In this document: positions 27,406 through 30,025 of the stretch, in pieces
Numbering within the stretch: the first letter of the stretch is position 1
Layout of the letters: every line of letters starts with the position of its first letter
NCBI GenBank assembly: GCA_041748995.1
Contig: JBGTCB010000415.1
Coordinates: forward strand, 1 to 30,025
Source: Saprospiraceae bacterium
Lineage (GTDB): Bacteria; Bacteroidota; Bacteroidia; Chitinophagales; Saprospiraceae
Length of the DNA: 30,025 nt
Direction of reading: 5' to 3'
The notes under the pieces: model-generated
The model's input: only the letters and a program-made list of their open reading frames with translations
Database searches by the model: none
Told to the model about the DNA's origin: nothing
Made by a program: the position numbers and the translations under genes

Positions 27406-28635
27406 CTAAATCGTCGAATACGCGTCTTTGAGACTGATGATTTTTTCATTAATCATTGCTTCATTTGCCTTTGCCACACAGATCCCAGAAGTCTTACCAT
27501 TTTCGTAATTGGACAGGGGCATTTTGTTATCCCGGATGCAGTTTGTAAAATTTGCAAGCGCTTTGCCCGTAGGCTCAGCATCATCCTCAGGTCTGTCACC
27601 GGCCAGAATAGGCATCGGTTTGCCAGCTTCCCAGACTTTAACCGTCGCACCGGAGACTCCATCTACCTCACCTGGTTTTTTCGCACCATGGATCCATGCG
27701 GGCTCGACAAACAAGAATGCCTCATGCCCTTGTTCACCGGTTACCTGTACAGTGGCATTCTTTCCATAAAAAAGCATCTGATATCCCATATGAGCATTGG
27801 TAGTCAAACAGGTATAGGAGGCCTGAATTCCATTTGGGTATTTGAATACACTATGCACATGGTCAAAAGTCTCTCTTCCATCTTTCCAGTAATCGATGCC
27901 ACCATACCCTGATACAGATTCGGGTAGATCTTCCAAGATCCAATTGACAATATCAATCTGGTGAGAGGACAGTTCAGCCATCAATCCACCGGAATACTCC
28001 CGGTACATGCGCCAGTTTACCAAGCGTTCCATTTTAATGTCATCAACCGATCTGCGCCAATTTCCATTTCGATTCCAGTAACATTCAATGTGGCTCAAAG
28101 CACCAAAGTCCTCACTATCAATGATACCCTTGATATTATTGTAGAGTGGATTATAACGATGTTGATAACCTACCTGAAACACCCGCTGAGAATTTTTCAC
28201 AATAGTGCCCAGTTTGATCGATTCTTTAGTAGTAAAACACATCGTTTTCTCACAGTAGACATGTTTGCCTGCTTCCAAAGCAGCTTTACTCATTTCATAA
28301 TGTAAATAAAGTGGTGATGCAATGATAACCGCATCAATGTCTTTGTTTTCTAATAACTTAGTATACTCCGAATAACCTTTGCACCCGGGTGCAGCTAATG
28401 TGATTGCCTGGTCCAGGCGATCGGAGATGACATCACAACAGGCTACAACGGCCGCATCCGGTATTTCCCGTAGAAGTTTTATCAGCCATGTACCCCGGCT
28501 TCCGGTACCTATAACACCCAGGTTAATTCGATTGCTTGCCTGGTTAAAGACATGAACAAAAGATGTGGCTGGAAGCAGCGATGTCATTAATACTTTTCCA
28601 GAGTTTTCAAGAAATTTCCTTCTTTTCAATGACAT
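27406..28635 (-). CDS. Gfo/Idh/MocA family oxidoreductase with Tat signal
   Basis: KRRKFL leader; GVIGTGSRG; GKHVYCEK; FQVGYQHR; NWRMYREYSGGLMAELSSHQID. Confidence 0.93.
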   Translation of the reverse strand: MSLKRRKFLENSGKVLMTSLLPATSFVHVFNQASNRINLGVIGTGSRGTWLIKLLREIPDAAVVACCDVISDRLDQAITLAAPGCKGYSEYTKLLENKDIDAVIIASPLYLHYEMSKAALEAGKHVYCEKTMCFTTKESIKLGTIVKNSQRVFQVGYQHRYNPLYNNIKGIIDSEDFGALSHIECYWNRNGNWRRSVDDIKMERLVNWRMYREYSGGLMAELSSHQIDIVNWILEDLPESVSGYGGIDYWKDGRETFDHVHSVFKYPNGIQASYTCLTTNAHMGYQMLFYGKNATVQVTGEQGHEAFLFVEPAWIHGAKKPGEVDGVSGATVKVWEAGKPMPILAGDRPEDDAEPTGKALANFTNCIRDNKMPLSNYENGKTSGICVAKANEAMINEKIISLKDAYSTI

Positions 28636-28859
28636 ATCTTATCAGATGCTATTAATGATTTTACAAGAATACTTTCGTTTTTCAGCTCTTTTGCTGATAA
28701 TCCTTAGTTACGTAAATGTTTTTCCTCATGATGTCCGGGTGATGATCCAGGTGAGTCTACTATAATAGAGTAAGAAAGCTTACTGAGCCCGCGGGGACGT
28801 CCGAACCTTTGCATAGTTGACAGAGTTAAGCCAATAAGTATCAAACTATCAACTATACT

Positions 28860-29561
28860 ATGAATCTGATAAAGAAATTGAAGAACAGGAGTACCGCAAA
28901 AGTACTGCTTATGGCTGGACTACTTCTTTCCACTGCCTTGCTTGAGACTTCATGCAACTCCTCTAAACGAACGAAAGGAGCGATGATTGGTGCTGCCGCG
29001 GGTGCCGCAGCGGGTGCTGCACTGGGTAAAAACAATAGGGCCGTAGCGATGGTCCTTGGTGCTGGTATTGGCGGTGTAGCAGGAGGTTTGATTGGCCAAT
29101 ATATGGATAAGCAGGCAGAAGAGATCCAGCAGGATCTCGAAGGTGCTAAAGTAGAACGAATAGGTGAGGGTATTGTCGTGACCTTTGATTCGGGACTTTT
29201 GTTTGACTTTGATTCTTATGCGCTGCGACAAGCCACCCGAAGTAACCTGGATGAGTTGGCTGAAACTCTAAAAAAATACGATAAAACGGAAGTGATCATT
29301 TTCGGCCATACCGACAGTTCGGGGAAACCGGAATACAACCTTGACCTATCTGAAAAAAGAGCAGCTGCCGTTGAAAACTATTTGCTGTATAAGGCAGTCC
29401 CCGCCAAGCGGCTTCAACCGGAAGGACTAGGCGAATCCGATCCAGTGGCCTCGAATGACAGTGATGCCGGTCGTCAACTGAACCGTCGGGTAGAACTGAC
29501 CATTGTAGCGGATAAAAAATTGATCCGCGATGCCAAAAAAGGAAAAGTACCTGAGGCGTGA
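28860..29561 (+). CDS. OmpA-family lipoprotein with glycine zipper
   Basis: LETSC lipobox; GAMIGAAAGAAAGA..GGLIGQYMDKQ; GHTD..YNLDLSEKRA..NRRVE. Confidence 0.93.
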   Translation: MNLIKKLKNRSTAKVLLMAGLLLSTALLETSCNSSKRTKGAMIGAAAGAAAGAALGKNNRAVAMVLGAGIGGVAGGLIGQYMDKQAEEIQQDLEGAKVERIGEGIVVTFDSGLLFDFDSYALRQATRSNLDELAETLKKYDKTEVIIFGHTDSSGKPEYNLDLSEKRAAAVENYLLYKAVPAKRLQPEGLGESDPVASNDSDAGRQLNRRVELTIVADKKLIRDAKKGKVPEA

Positions 29562-29621
29562 TTGGGAAAACATTTTCCTCCACTTCCTTATAAATAATGA
29601 TATTGATTAATAATGATATTG

Positions 29622-30025
29622 ATGAAAAAGATAATATTTTCTTGTTTGTTCACTTTAGCCGCCTGGCAGCTGGTTTATACTCAAATGGAAAACCGGTTTT
29701 CGATAGGTCCAAGGATCGGCGCCAATTTTTCTAATGTAAACTCAGGTGGGACTAAAAGCCTTACAGGTTTAGCCGCCGGGATTACCTCTACCTACAGCAT
29801 TAATGAAGCATCGGGTCTCACCGTTGACCTCCTTTACTCTGGTGAAGGATATAAGTCCGGCAATCAGGATATAGCACTCAACTACCTGAAAATACCTATT
29901 CTGTACAACGTATTTTTTGGAAAATTGGGTGAAGCCTTTCGGCCTAAAGTTTTCCTGGGGATTGCTCCTGGTTTCTTGTTGTCTGCAAATTCCAATGACA
30001 ACGACATAAAAAATCAGTACAAGTC
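29622..30025 (+). CDS. Outer-membrane beta-barrel (porin/PorT-like) protein, truncated by the window end
   Basis: Not in the ORF track. Hand translation gives MKKIIFSCLFTLAAWQLVYTQMENRFSIGPRIGANFS..DLLYSGEG..LNYLKIPIL..PGFLLSA, open to the window end. Confidence 0.85.
   Translation, partial: MKKIIFSCLFTLAAWQLVYTQMENRFSIGPRIGANFSNVNSGGTKSLTGLAAGITSTYSINEASGLTVDLLYSGEGYKSGNQDIALNYLKIPILYNVFFGKLGEAFRPKVFLGIAPGFLLSANSNDNDIKNQYK

Overview
A 30 kb chromosomal window from a Bacteroidota bacterium. This is inferred from TAnnTTTG promoters, A-rich start contexts without Shine-Dalgarno sequences, and a T9SS type-B CTD; Saprospiraceae-like is a guess. In order it holds: an ATE/Bpt-like GNAT-fold transferase; a three-gene uncharacterised cytochrome cluster (DUF2231+cytochrome c+LRR, DUF1592-type diheme protein, Tat-exported DUF1552); a 1.3 kb intergenic region with a candidate sRNA, a small ORF and a 79-bp MITE-like palindrome; cdsA-psd; lysS; a 2216-aa T9SS adhesin-like protein; a Tyr/Lys-rich four-domain beta/gamma-crystallin-like protein; an SMP-30 lipoprotein; ada; DUF4197; a 1197-aa propeller-(SprB)x10-OmpA protein; a secreted hypothetical protein; initiator tRNA-Met; a Tat oxidoreductase; an OmpA lipoprotein; and a truncated outer-membrane beta-barrel gene. 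No CRISPR, transposase or phage genes were seen. The best leads are (i) the peptidoglycan-anchored SprB-stalk protein, whose strictly alternating Cys pattern and 153-aa repeat period are shared with the surface adhesin, (ii) the Tyr/Lys-rich crystallin-like protein, (iii) the orphan cytochrome/DUF1552 module, and (iv) the orphan-terminator sRNA with an ECF-like promoter. All family calls come from motif recognition by eye, not database searches.
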